Positions 38,201 through 49,100 of a DNA stretch of 64,000 nt are shown piece by piece. The stretch spans positions 92,752,001 through 92,816,000 of the forward strand of contig NW_026262712.1 in NCBI RefSeq assembly GCF_021869535.1. The letters are read 5' to 3'. A program made the position numbers and the translations under genes. Under the pieces are notes generated by a model. The model saw only the letters and a program-made list of their open reading frames with translations, had not been told where the DNA came from and searched no databases. Each line of letters opens with the position of its first letter. Positions within the stretch are counted from its first letter, which is position 1. This DNA is from Mytilus californianus (taxonomy: Eukaryota).

Positions 38201-38561
38201 GACATCTGCCTATAAATAGCTTTTATCGATTCATTATTTTAGCTAATGTGAGATCACCTTGCACAAAGAAAGCTATATTTCTTTCAGTCTGAGTGTTTGT
38301 CTTTTTGTCTTTTTTTTTTTGTTTTTTGCCACGGCATTGTTAGTTTGTTTTTCAACTATGAATTTGAATATCCTTTAGGTATCGTTCTTCTCTCTTTTAC
38401 ATTTTGTTTACTAACCTGTAGAATGACCTACATTGTATCTTAACAATGACTAAATTAAACGTTAATTATACTACATAACTCACCTCCTCACAAGTGTCGA
38501 ATGTTTTAATCAACTTATCGAGTTCAGAAAAATCTGTATCAGTTCTTTTTACATTAACCAT
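18068..38561 (-). CDS. Ankyrin-repeat protein (5 N-terminal ANK repeats, long Ser/Lys-rich region, C-terminal coiled coil), spliced, about 900 aa
   Basis: Exons in transcription order: 38561-38484, 38189-38105, 37069-36731, 32973-32834, 31012-29426, 28349-28300, [26382-26338 tentative], 25727-25575, 18297-18068. Phases are consistent except for one unresolved junction after 28300. ANK motifs: [67 protein letters not shown]. The last two exons join as [43 protein letters not shown]... Confidence 0.8.
18470..18712 (-). mobile_element. Fragment of the 9776 element
   Basis: cagaggttgaaccctgaacagttggggcaagta...attcagcatatc matches 9812-10030. Confidence 0.8.
19100..19275 (+). mobile_element. tRNA-derived SINE (second family)
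   Basis: A box ggtcgagtggtctagcgcg, B box gagttcgaatc, non-tRNA body and (TA)n tail. Confidence 0.75.
19440..21900 (-). mobile_element. Penelope-like retroelement (RT), degenerate, in the last ANK intron
   Basis: Frameshifted ORF pieces: [133 protein letters not shown]. Confidence 0.88.
20975..21292 (+). repeat. Abundant dispersed repeat (gtcaggaatc...ttggcactcataccacatctt) inserted in the Penelope-like element
   Basis: Interrupts the PLE ORF between SGKQVWTIS and [16 protein letters not shown]; related copies at 4930-5140, 34800-35130, 40425-40750, 41400-41720, 47845-48215, 58255-58556 and 59470-59720. Confidence 0.8.
22140..23255. mobile_element. Non-autonomous TIR element with TGTTACA...TGTAACA ends in a (TA)n context
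   Basis: About 100-bp imperfect TIRs (gggattatgtagaatccctg / cagggattctacataatcc), with TA-rich flanks on both sides. Confidence 0.7.
22810..22995. mobile_element. Small MITE nested in the 22140 element
   Basis: gggctgttccataaaaacatacatgggaaccagggaaggcacttc versus gaagtgccttccctgggtaccatgtatgtttaatggaacagctc. Confidence 0.75.
23295..23403 (-). mobile_element. 5'-truncated inverted copy of the 19100 SINE
   Basis: gcaaatttgtggaagcaaatttttgttcttccctcgccgagattcgaactcatgctattgagatatcg is the reverse complement of the 19150-19215 sequence. Confidence 0.8.
23405..24392 (-). mobile_element. Truncated, diverged copy of the 9776 element
   Basis: Same ttagattcagcatatcaaagaacc subunits, ending with ccattgaaattggtcaagaaataagcaatt. 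Confidence 0.8.
25575..25727 (-). CDS. ANK gene penultimate exon
   Basis: aaag|(G)[50 protein letters not shown], then G|gtaaca. Confidence 0.7.
25882..26262 (-). mobile_element. HINE-type element (atgcccc hairpin family)
   Basis: ggacgtacggacggacaagggtaaaacttaatgcccccaccgctacggcgggggcataaaaa; internal duplication. Confidence 0.75.
26338..26382 (-). CDS. ANK gene tentative 45-nt exon
   Basis: ttacttcttttag|...[14 protein letters not shown], then G|gtaacc; a phase 1-1 reading fits the downstream exon but not the upstream one. Confidence 0.35.
27825..28054 (+). mobile_element. tRNA-derived SINE with (AATC)n tail
   Basis: A-box-like ggtggccgagtggtctaag head; core ggttt...gggcactcaggcttcctcaaccaataaaaactgacc; (caat)n tail; 12-bp TSD cttactcacttg / cttacgcacttg. 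Confidence 0.8.
28300..28349 (-). CDS. ANK gene exon (acidic)
   Basis: cttacag|[16 protein letters not shown], then AG|gtacat. Confidence 0.55.
29426..31012 (-). CDS. ANK gene large exon (ANK5 plus Ser/Lys-rich low-complexity region)
   Basis: 545-aa ORF 29372..31009; aacag|GGG ATG ACT (GMTALDVAF); likely donor AAG|gtattt at 29426. Confidence 0.85.
31088..32070 (-). mobile_element. HINE-type element with about 5 internal ~165-bp repeats
   Basis: Repeated ccatggaaatgagatgtgccaatgc...cataccaaatatcattgac units; terminal hairpin tgtctcgc...ggcgagacaaaaaa. Confidence 0.75.
32362..32655 (-). mobile_element. Short HINE-type element
   Basis: Terminal hairpin atacgtcc...gggcgtat followed by an A-run; head aaagagctgcaccatgagcgcatgatacacc. 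Confidence 0.55.
32834..32973 (-). CDS. ANK gene exon (ANK4)
   Basis: (K)[46 protein letters not shown]|gtaact. Confidence 0.88.
33341..34112. mobile_element. MITE with 5-bp TSD
   Basis: TIR cagtcaggggactta / taagtcccctgactg; gtaag on both flanks. Confidence 0.75.
34800..35130 (+). repeat. Dispersed repeat, closely matching the inverted copy at 58255-58556
   Basis: gagatctcacaaaacatgtttaaccccgccgc...cattccccattcccattctcaatttta. Confidence 0.85.
35296..36420 (-). mobile_element. Degenerate HINE-type element (gctcacc family) with repeated core
   Basis: aaacaagaggctc...gagcctgaatcactcacttg head; repeated atttcaggggcaa core; ggtggccatgttggttga. Confidence 0.6.
36731..37069 (-). CDS. ANK gene exon (ANK1-3)
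   Basis: cttttgcag|(G)KVELVKWLL...GHTVLHKM...[13 protein letters not shown]...YP, then A|gtaagt; lies within ORF 36714..37169. Confidence 0.88.
38105..38189 (-). CDS. ANK gene exon (ANK1 start)
   Basis: ttttttcag|[28 protein letters not shown], then G|gtacta. Confidence 0.85.
38484..38561 (-). CDS. ANK gene first coding exon (probable)
   Basis: ag|AA ATG then [26 protein letters not shown]|gtgagt; phase 0 matches the next exon. The start codon could lie in an exon further upstream. Confidence 0.7.
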
Positions 38562-39454
38562 TTCTACTATTATAGGATGATGTTTTGTTTTGCAATCAAC
38601 ATAACAAAATGGGGGACATAGCTTTCCCTCATTATTTGATGCCATCCTAAAATATAAAATAAATTATTCAATTACTAACTACATAAATGACTTACATATA
38701 CAGTATGCACCAAAATCTTTTCCAACTAATAGTCCAAAGAGCATGTATATCATGTATATAGAAATATATTGAAATAGGCCAATAAATCAAAGTATTTTTG
38801 ATGGATTCTGTTTGTTTTTTTTTTGCATTGAAAAGTATTTTCCTTCAGCATGTTCAGAAAACAACAAGCATTCTGAGAATATTGCATGGCAATACATAGT
38901 CCCCTACAGGGGTAAAAGTTCATTTTACTTGAACAAAATGCTAACTTGATCTATAACATGTCATGGTGTAAACAAAAAGTAAATATCATGTCAATATCTT
39001 CAAGCATGACTAAAACCAGTGTGGAAAACTGATTATATGTGTGAAAAAAAACATAAGATATGATTAATAGTTCTCTAAAATTAGATATGATGTAATACAG
39101 TGTATATCTATTTTCAAATTATAATCAAATATAATTAATAGTTCCAAATATTTTTTCTTTCATTTGTCACAAACTAATATAGATTTGTAACTTATCTATA
39201 AAATGTCAACAACTTTTATCTACACAATGTAATGTATTGAAATATATACATTAACAAAAATAGATTATTATTTAATTAAAGGATTTCTCTTCGTAATTTT
39301 TTTTATATCTATAGCATTCAGAAAATTAGTTTATACTAAATAACAAACAAACCTGCCAAAAAATTCTTCAAATAATTTAACAAAGAATGTCTTTTAAAAA
39401 ATGAGTTATCTCCCTTTGTACAGAAATATGGTTTAACATAGTACTCTAACATTA

Positions 39455-39670
39455 GATATGGTCCATAACTCTGGACTAAATCATCAGACCGGAACAAAAT
39501 TCAACTTGATCTATAACTTGCCATGATAAAACTATATACCAAATATCAAATCAATATCTTCAAGAACGAAAAAAAATGTGTGGAAAGCTGATTTGCCGGA
39601 CTGACGGATGGACAGACGGACGGAGTGCACACCTAAAGTCCCCTTCAACTTTGTCGGTAGGGGACTAAAA
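39455..39670 (-). mobile_element. Same family as 12135
   Basis: caaatatcaaatcaatatcttcaag...gacggacgg...ctaaagtcccc...ggggactaaaaa. Confidence 0.7.
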
Positions 39671-39938
39671 ATACATTACAGGACAGGACTGTAAGAGCAG
39701 ATGTATGCACAGAATGGACAGAAGGGAGCATAAAAAGGGGAGCACTGCCATCTACACTTATTTCTGGCAAGGTAAGACATTGTCATGACTGTTTTCAAGC
39801 CTGCAGAAAAGGATAAAATAAACAAACACCCCAATTTCATTCAATTTGTTTTATTCACATGGTATTGAGGCTTCACACAAATTATTAAACAGTATAACAA
39901 AAGACAGATCAGTTTCCATAATTTTGGAATGTATATAT

Positions 39939-40418
39939 AACTAGAGGCTCTCAAGAGCCTGTGTCGCTCACCTGTATTTACTGATGCTTTGGAAATCATG
40001 TAAAATAAGGTTAAAATCATAATTAATAGTATTAGATATTAGATATTATAATGATATCTAAGATAATAACAAAAAACTGCAAATTTTTGTAAAATTACTA
40101 ACTCAGGGGCAGCAACCCAACAACAGGTTGTCGAATTCTTTTGAAAATTTCAGGGCAGATAAATCTAAATCTGATGAACATTTTTGCCACCTGTCAGATT
40201 TGCTCTAAATGCTTTAGTTTCAGAGATATAAACCAAAAACTGCACTTTACCCCTATGTTCTATTTTTAGCCATGGCGGCCATCTTGGTTGGTTGGCGGGG
40301 TCATCGGACACATTTTTTAAACTAGATACCCTAATGATGATTGTGGCCAAGTTTGGTTAAATTTGACCCAGTGGTTTCAGAGGAGAAGATTTTTGTAAAA
40401 AGCTAGGTGAGCTAAAAA
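39939..40418 (-). mobile_element. HINE-type element (gctcacc/ggtgagc family)
   Basis: aactagaggctctcaagagcctgtgtcgctcacctg ... ctaggtgagctaaaaa. Confidence 0.75.
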
Positions 40419-40939
40419 GGGATATGAGGTATGATTGCTAATGAAACAACTATCCACCAGAGTCCAAATAACTCTATATAAAGCAACTATATAGGTTACT
40501 ATTGTGCATTCCACAATGAGTAAAACCATTATACTGTACAGTAAGCTATAAAACCTGGAAAAGAAAGGTGAAACATATCAAGCGAGAAAACCAAAGGCCT
40601 AATTTGTGACAAAACAATTATAGAAAGACAAATATGACAGACAGCAACTTATAACTACCACTGAATTACAGGCTCCTGATTTGGGACAGTCACACACAGA
40701 ATGTGGTTGAGCTAACATGTTTGTGAGCATTCAATCTTCCCTCTAACCAGCTGAGACAGTTATATAAAAGCACAATGTAAGTAGAAACAGTAAAAATTAG
40801 TTGGAACTGGCTCGACTTTCAAACAGATTTGCACAAAGCACAAAAACAACTAATTGATTATTAACATGGTTAATAATGTCTTAACACTATTTCCAAAAGA
40901 CAACTTTCGAGTTCGTTGCATTTCCGTCAAAAACTTTGG

Positions 40940-41010
40940 TTTTAGTGAACATCATTTGTGCGTTTAGGGGCATTGTCACTTCCGTTCCTATGTTGAGCGA
41001 TTGGCTGAAA
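40940..41010 (-). promoter_or_regulatory. Putative promoter of the ANK gene
   Basis: Minus strand reads CAGCCAATCG...GAACGGAAGTGAC (CCAAT box followed by an ETS-type CGGAAGT) in a locally CpG-richer patch upstream of the first coding exon. Confidence 0.35.
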
Positions 41011-41839
41011 AAATGATAATGCTATATTGCACGAATTATTCGGCAAATTAAAGTCTTAAAATTGATAATCAGCACTGCTGTCATTAGGGAATTGTGATTA
41101 AGTACTTACGGAACAAATATTATTTCTAGTTTATCCTGCATAATGATAATCACAAAGACGCTTGATGAACTTTAATAGAGCAGGGGTACAGGCGATCTCC
41201 TCTATCTGGTAAATGATGTCACAAAGGCGCACAAAATTGAAGGACATAACTCGAAAGTGGTCTATTGATGTTGTATGTGTACTGTATGATATTTCAGTCT
41301 TAGACACATAATTTTTTTATTAGTTGTTAAATTGTATTTGCTTTGAACTAGCTTTTAGTAACTGTGAGTACTATCAGATCTGTACTACGTGTCTTTTCTG
41401 TTATTATTAGGGTTTTATGTGCTCAGAATCATTCTGATGAGTTAAGCTTTTTTCAACTGATTTTTATAGTTTGTTCTTATGGTGTACTGTTACACCACTG
41501 TCCCAGGTTTAAAGGTGGAGGGTTTGGCGCCAGCAAACATGTAACATAAACCCTGTCACATTCTGTATATGCCTGTCCGAAGTCAGAAGCCTATAATTCA
41601 GTGTTAGTCATTTGTTACTGAATATCATATTTGTTTTTGTTTTATTGTTTTGTACATAAATCAGGCTGTTAGTTTTTCTTGAATTGTTTTACATTTGTCC
41701 ATGTTGTCAGTTGGGGCCTTAAATTTACAGTCTACACTATAAGCCACTAGTCTGAAGTCCCAGGCTAGTAAAATTTTATTCAGACTAGTAAATATTTGTA
41801 TAACTTTGTTTCAACACATAAGAAAAATGTCAGAATATT

Positions 41840-43474
41840 GAATTCTAGTCAAATCGGCACCTGGTTAAAGCAGCACCTAATGTAGTCATTTCGGCACCCA
41901 TGTAAAATATGTGGAATATGCCGATTTTTTTCGGTAAAATGATTGCAATTAAAATTTAAAGTAGGTGTTATCCACAAATATTGACTTTAAAACATCTTTG
42001 TGGATTTCAGTATGTTTTTTTTGTTGTTCAACTTAATATGTCTTCGAGGTATTGGATATTTGTTATGCATGTTTTGAACAGTTGAGAATTTGCATGATTG
42101 TTGGTTTTAATGCTGTTTAAACCTTCCTGAAATACCACCTTAATTTCATATAAGTTTGCATGTGAGTTTGATAACCAAGAACGTGTCATTACGAGCAACA
42201 ACCAAGCTGGTGTTTAAACGGCAGGGAAATGTAAGTATAAGAATTATTCATTTTGTCCGTTTTATTTAAAGATGAATATTTTGCATGCTCATTGGTTCAT
42301 GGTTGATTGAACTTTATAAAAGTTCCAACTTAGTTGAATATTTGAACTGATTCAGAAACTCTTTATTGCTAATAAAACCAAACTGTGTAAATAAGAAGAA
42401 AATATAAGTATCAGACATTTTTTTTTATTTATATATTATATACATATATATAACAGTTGATCCCACAAGTACAGTAAAACATAAGTAAAAGTAACAGTAT
42501 GCACTAATCTATTGTCATGATTAACTATTGTCTTGAAGCAAAGCACTATATTAACATCATTAAACTAAGATTACATGTATTCAATAATAAGAAGCACTTT
42601 TACAGCAGTATCACTTTATAAATATCAAAGACAGTCTACATGTAAACATAATATAGCAAGCACTGTGTCAATAACTGAATTTGTCACTTTGCCGGTGGAA
42701 CATAAATGGCAGCACATTCGCGTAGAAGGTTGCTGGCTGATGTTGCACGTTCACAATAGTCATTCCATAGGCTGAAAACCTTGCCTTGCACTTGTCGACT
42801 CTTCTTCCGTTGGTAGCGCTGTAGTTTACCCTCAGTTACAAGTTTCAGTTGAAGGGGGATGTCACCTGCCTCTGCAAACAGTTTAGTTACCATCTGGTAG
42901 AACGGGACAGGTCCTCTGGTAGCTACATTGGTGTTAAAGCAGTTGTGCCATCCCTCGACATCATTGTTGGTCCGAATGGCTGACATGAATACACTCCAAT
43001 GGTTGATCTGGAATATGGTGCTGTCTATCCAGGTGGAGTACACATAGTTCATTACGGGAACTATGGCCTGTGGTGCTCTGGCATCTAACTGGAGGAAGGT
43101 ATCGGTGATGTGCTCTGGTGGCAGGAAGGGAAGAGCCATCAGTTGTCTCAAGAAGGTGTAAACACTGTCTTTCTGGTTGTAGGCAGTCTGAAAAATTATA
43201 TACAAATTAAATACTTAAAACAAATTTGAGAAAAACAAATTATATAATGTAAAACACTGATGCTATTATAGTTTTTGATTATAAAAATTTTATAATTAAG
43301 CTGTATTGATTTTGAATAAAAGACAATTATCATAGTTGTAAAAAAAAATTCTCAATATCAACATTGTTGAAGACAGTACAGTGTGCTATAGTTGTTTACA
43401 TCAAGGCCATTATATTTCTGGAAAGTTGTCTCATTAGCAATCATACCACACTTCTTTTCTATTTGATCAGACAT

Positions 43475-43521
<47 letters not shown>

Positions 43522-45336
43522 AATGTATGTTACCTGCAGACCATGTTCTTGCACCTTTCGGAATACTGCTTGGGACCAGGATGGCATAATGTGGAAACTG
43601 CTGCTTCAGTGCTTGCCACAAACCAGCTTCAAAATCAGCAACAAAACCATCAAGGGAAATGTCTTCAGGTAGTCTGTGGTCAATGAACCTTAAACCTGTA
43701 AAATATTATAAATATTAGGAAAATTAAAATTAATTATAACATGATCCATAACACAATTTAGTTGGATTTATTGATAACTGACAAAAAATACACAATTGGA
43801 TTCCAATTAAATTTGACAAAACTACTGAATTACAAACAGTACAATTCCAACACATAATAACTCAGAATTTGTCATGGTAATGAATGTAGTATATGTGTTC
43901 ATGTTCTTGTAATAAATTATTAATAAATATTGAAAAAAAATACCTCTGATGCTTCTGTGCAGTCCTGGCAAACCCATTCCAACTGAGTGGATTCTCTCAC
44001 AGCTTCCCTGTACTGGTCTCTAGATATACCTACAACAAACAATTACAATTGAAACTGGACTATTAAAGAATGTAAGAAATTGTTTTTTTTAGTAAAGAGA
44101 GATAGAAGATGAATTATATTTCATCGTACATTGTAGCAGATATACTGATATATTCTGTATTTGAATACGCTTGTTGAGCTATAAGGCTCAAAGTTAATAA
44201 ATAATTAGAATTTGAAAAACTAATGTATATATATATATAAGACAGACAGACAAACAGAATAGTTTATTATAGTGTCACATACATAAAATATAAAGAATCT
44301 GAATAAAATTCACAATGTATTAAAAAATGTGTAATTATATGTATGCCATAGCTTTCAACCATTCAATGATTTACCATCAACAACAAAATTAAAAATTATC
44401 TTTTAACCAATATCTATCGTAAGAGTATGTATAAAGATCTTCCAAAATAATGTGTATGGCAGGCTCTTGACACAATAAAATGAATCTCATATGGAAGAAA
44501 TTGGCTGTTACATCGGAGAGTTTTGGATTAAAGAGAACTGGTCTGAATATTGGGAAATAAAAATATTCTTTTCTAATCTATAACATATTATAAGCGCCCT
44601 TAAAAGTGTCCTGCATATTTATTTAATAAACAAATTAAAGAGAACTATAAGTTAGATTACTTACCCGTATTACAGGTTCTGTGCTGCCAGCCTGAACATC
44701 TTTCACACTGAATTGCCTCTTGTCTTGGCCTAACTACTTTGGTTCACTTAATACAGCTGTCGTCTGACATTGTGATAGTGAAGAGGGGGCTCATAGTTTT
44801 CCCTTTTATTGGTTCTAATTTTCTCATGATTTAATAACAGCTTGGGTAATGGCTTCATTGTTTTTTTATTTAAGTTTTTGAAGAAAAAACATCAATAACT
44901 ACCTGTTTAGAGTTAAAACAACAAACATGTTAATTATTTAATTGATAAAAGTTAATATTTAATTAATTGAAAAGAAAACTAATCAAAACATCAGTCATAG
45001 AATGTTGAGAAAACTTCAAACAAATTAACTTATGTATTCTAATATAACTGCTAAATAATTAACATGTGATGATTTTCAACGATTTAAGAATAAAATAAAT
45101 CCCACCTAAATTTTGTTAAACATAATTAGAAATTGATAGATCATTTATACAAGTCATATTCATAATTATTTATATTATATCAAACATGTCAAATATTATC
45201 GGATGCCGATTTGACCACCTAAATGCCGATTTGACTATAAAAAGGTGCCGATTTGACCGGATGCCGATTTAACCAGGTGCCGATTTGACTTTTTCTTTAG
45301 GTGCTGATTTGACCAGGTGCCGATTTGACTTGTACC
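41840..45336 (-). mobile_element. Mutator-like (MULE) DNA transposon, internally deleted, PHD-finger transposase
   Basis: TIRs: agtcaaatcggcacctggttaaagcagcacctaa (left) versus ttaggtgctgatttgaccaggtgccgatttgact (right, with tandem gtgccgatttgac subterminal repeats). 9-bp TSD cagaatatt at 41831-41839 and 45337-45345. MULE motifs DFEAGLWQAL and RTNNDVEGWHN. Confidence 0.9.
42684..44770 (-). pseudogene. MULE transposase pseudogene with N-terminal PHD finger
   Basis: Exons 44770-44665, 44029-43944, 43695-43534, 43187-42684. C4HC3 PHD with the second Cys replaced by TGA (44746-44744). Phase mismatch between exons 2 and 3 indicates lost exons. A small deletion removes the CxFH motif and shifts the frame before WSQAVFRKVQEHGLQ. 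Confidence 0.85.
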
Positions 45337-46013
45337 CAGAATATTGGTCTTCAGACTAGTAGTTGGAAAAGATTTTGGTGCAGACTGCTTTTACAGGTTA
45401 CTATGAGGTAGTCGTTAACTTTGCTCAGTGTTGAAGGCTGGAACTTTAACCATAATCTTTGTAACTGAGCACAGGAACATATATATTGACGTTAGATATA
45501 CTGTTCCCAGCTGAGCACAAGACTTTAATGTACATTGAAGTTCTTTTGCAGAAAATTAACTGTACATATTTGTTTTTAATACTAGCCTATTTATATCATT
45601 TCAACCTTTTTTTTACATGTAGATGAAAGAAGAAGGAGATGTTAGAAAGTGAAGGAAAAACCCATAAATTATTGATTTTCTGTTTCCATTAAATATTTGA
45701 CTTGTAAGCAGAATGAAATAATTGCAATTTACAAACAAGTTACCCTATGAAGTTTTAAAAAAAGGGGGACGTCCACCTTGCTCTTTTTTTCGAAGGAGAG
45801 AATAGTCAAAATAAAATTTAAGAAAAGAAAACGAATTTCTGTATTTCCAGTTTTAAAAATTAAAGATTACTTTTTAGCAGTTAATCGTGGATCTTGTAAT
45901 GTAAAAACTAATGATTATCAAGTTTTTTTTTTCCTCCAGTTGATTAAAAATTGAAAACAAAAATAGTGATTTCGTTTTGTAAGTTTTAAAAATTAGAACT
46001 GAATACAGACAAC

Positions 46014-46119
46014 ATGGCAAACCGTTTTGCTTTCCTGCTTATTTTATCAGTTATACAAGTAGACGTTTGTTTCTCGTTTATGGCAGGGTTATATTGTGGA
46101 CTTGATAACTGTTATGAGA
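46014..46119 (+). CDS. DNAJC25: DNAJC25 exon 1
   Basis: MANRFAFLLILSVIQVDVCFSFMAGLYCGLDNCYE, then donor A|gtatgc. Confidence 0.88.
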
Positions 46120-49100
46120 GTATGCAGTTTTAATTTTGCATATAAATATTGTTGAAAACATTATAACCAGAAAAAAATGATATGCACTATATTCACCATC
46201 TGCTAAACTTTAAAGTCAAAATGATTATGACGTCTTTGAAGGCTATATTTTATTTTTTTGCTTGGACGCGTTCCGGTGTTGCTACCTTTGCTATATATAT
46301 TTCATGCTGATACACACTTTGACAACATTTGTATATAACCCTCATTGCTGTCTACAAATTTGATCCACCTAAGACTTTTTGAGTTATATTGTGTGTGATG
46401 AGTGTGTCACTAGCTAGACTTGGGGTTTTCAAGTTTAAATCATGAAAAAATATGTTGTCTTTCATGGTGGTAACTACAAAAACTTTCAATTAAATAACAA
46501 TTTCAGAATTGTGTCTGGAATAACTAATACGACCAATACAGTGCTGTCAACAGTCAAGTCTCAAGCAATTTCTGTGAGACTCACACATTTTCATGCTTAT
46601 TTGACAGGATTTTTCTTTTATCTATTGTTTTTTCTCTGTGATCTTTACAAATCTCAAGCATTTGCTTCATGAAAACTTGACCGCCCTGCCAATCTTGAGT
46701 TGTTTTTTATGAGTGGGTTACACCGGTTGATGGTGACCCAAGGTCAATCTGCGTAAATGACATAATCAAACAAATGTTTCTTACTGTGATGTATTAACAT
46801 TCAATTATTTTTTATCTCCCTTTGACGGATAGGTATGCTACTAGTGGTAGGTCAATGATATTTGGTATGCAGTTGTATTAGAATTTGCACATCTTCATTC
46901 CATGGAGATTGTTTGGCCCTGAACCTTCAGTCATGGTTCATTGACTTTGAATATTTTGCTTAACTTACATGTTCAAGTATTGCTATTTTAGTTTCAACAT
47001 TTGCATTTTACTATCAAAATAGCAAAAAGGCGAGACGTATCTCTGTGTTAAACACTTTAATTTCTCATTCATTCTCGAAAATTTATCTAAAATAAAAAGT
47101 CAAACTGCTAAATATTTGAGTCTGCACCATCAGCCACTAGTCCGATGTCCCATACTAGTTAAATTTTATTCGGACTAGTAAGTATTTGCAAATATTTGTT
47201 TAGACGCATTAGAAAATTGTTGGAATATTGGTCTTTGGACTAGTAGCGGGAAAAGATTTTGGTGCAGACTGATATTTATATACTCCTTAACCATGTACAT
47301 ATATACATGTACATCATGTACATATAATATTAAGGAAGAAGATACTAAATCCAGACAACTTCTTGGTAAAAAAAATGATGGTCAGAATAGCAACAAATGC
47401 TCATACATTGTGTAAATGTAGCATCACACAGAAGACTAGATAGAGCAACATGAAATTACGAACCAAACCAGATACCAGTGACGAAGTCAGATATATGTAG
47501 TTAAGAAGGGAATGCAGTTTCTACTCCACTAGTTGTATCCTTTATGTTGCTCTGACGATGACACGTAAACATCTTGGAAAGTCCTGTTTAATTTTCATGA
47601 TTTTTGTGATTTTTTTTAAAAGTAATTTTTACAGAATTTACATCACAATTATTTTTACCTGATTGTATTTACCTTTATCCATTATGACCAAGCAAATATT
47701 AGTAATTCACATTTTTATTATCTTTTACACATGTACATGTATTTGTTTTATTTTTAGTTTTGGGTGTCACAAGAGATGCTACCAAGGTAGGACATTTTTT
47801 TTTAATTCTGAAAGACTCTAGCCATGCTAGCTATTTATATAAAAATATCAAGATGTGGTATGATTGCCAATGAGACAACTCTCCACTGTAGACCAAATGA
47901 TGTAGAAGTGAATAACTATAGGTCATGTACGGTCTTCAACAATGAGCAAAACCCGTACTACATAGTAAGCTATAAAAGGCCGCAAAATGACTAATGTAAA
48001 ACAATTCAAATGAGAAGACTAACGGCCTGATTTATGTTTAAAACAATAAATGAAAAACAAATATGATATACAGCAACAAACAACAACCACTGAAATACAG
48101 GCTCCTGACTTGGGACAGACACATACAGAATGTGATGGGGTTAAAATGTTTGTTGGCATCAAATCCTCCCCTTAACCTGGGACAGTGGTGTAACAGTGCA
48201 ACATATATAAAAGAACAAACTATTAAATGTTTTTTTCTGCTCTTAATAGATTGAAAGTCCACAAGGTTTGGTGGCAAGTTTGAATAATTGCCATCACTCA
48301 GTGACCTTTTGCAGCATTATCAGAAACTTCTAGGTTCATTTCAGCCAACCTTGGCAGAAGTAAAATATTAAAGGCTTAATAAACTATGATCATGATGATA
48401 AATATTTCATTTCAATCTTATCATGCCTTTTGAGATATTCTGTGATAATACATGTACAAAAATGTATATCTAATATAAAAATTGGTTGAACTTATCATGC
48501 TAATCATTAGTCCAAATTAGATTGGCTATTGAATGTACTACAGTACAGATTTCGCGAAAGGCTTCCCAAACTCCGAACACCAAGTTTTTTCTTGGTGTGA
48601 CACCAGGAAACTCCGACATCCTTCCCTAAATTCTCGGAGAAATTTGGGAGTATTCCCTCCGACTTCCTCGTAAATTCGCTACCTTTTGTTTATTGTATTA
48701 GCGACATCTCTCCCAGTCCGGTGTGACGCAGTGTCACACCAGGTAATTAATTGCCCTAATCCTTCTGATCTATACCGGCTTGCGACAGTCAAGGTATGTG
48801 AGATTACTTATGTAATTAAACAGTTGTATTTCCTGTCTGTTGATAATCAGGTTATATTTCTGATTGCTTGAAACAAATAAAAGATTTAAAAGCAAAACGT
48901 TGTTGTTAATTCTTTCAATTACACTGTACATTTAAAAATAGTTTTTTTTTAATAAAAACTATATTTGATTTTTACCTCGTTTTTTTTTTCTGGTCAGTAA
49001 ATTAATATTTAATTTACAAAAAAAGATATACTTGTGTAAAAATAAACAGAGACTTACGCTGAATAAATGTGGGCAGTTTAAAGGAAAATTACATGTCTCA

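Noticed and set aside
39700-39812. Candidate coding exon with a strong minus-strand acceptor (ttttctgcag)
   Set aside because: No phase-compatible donor to 38563 and no recognisable motif; at most a 5'UTR exon.
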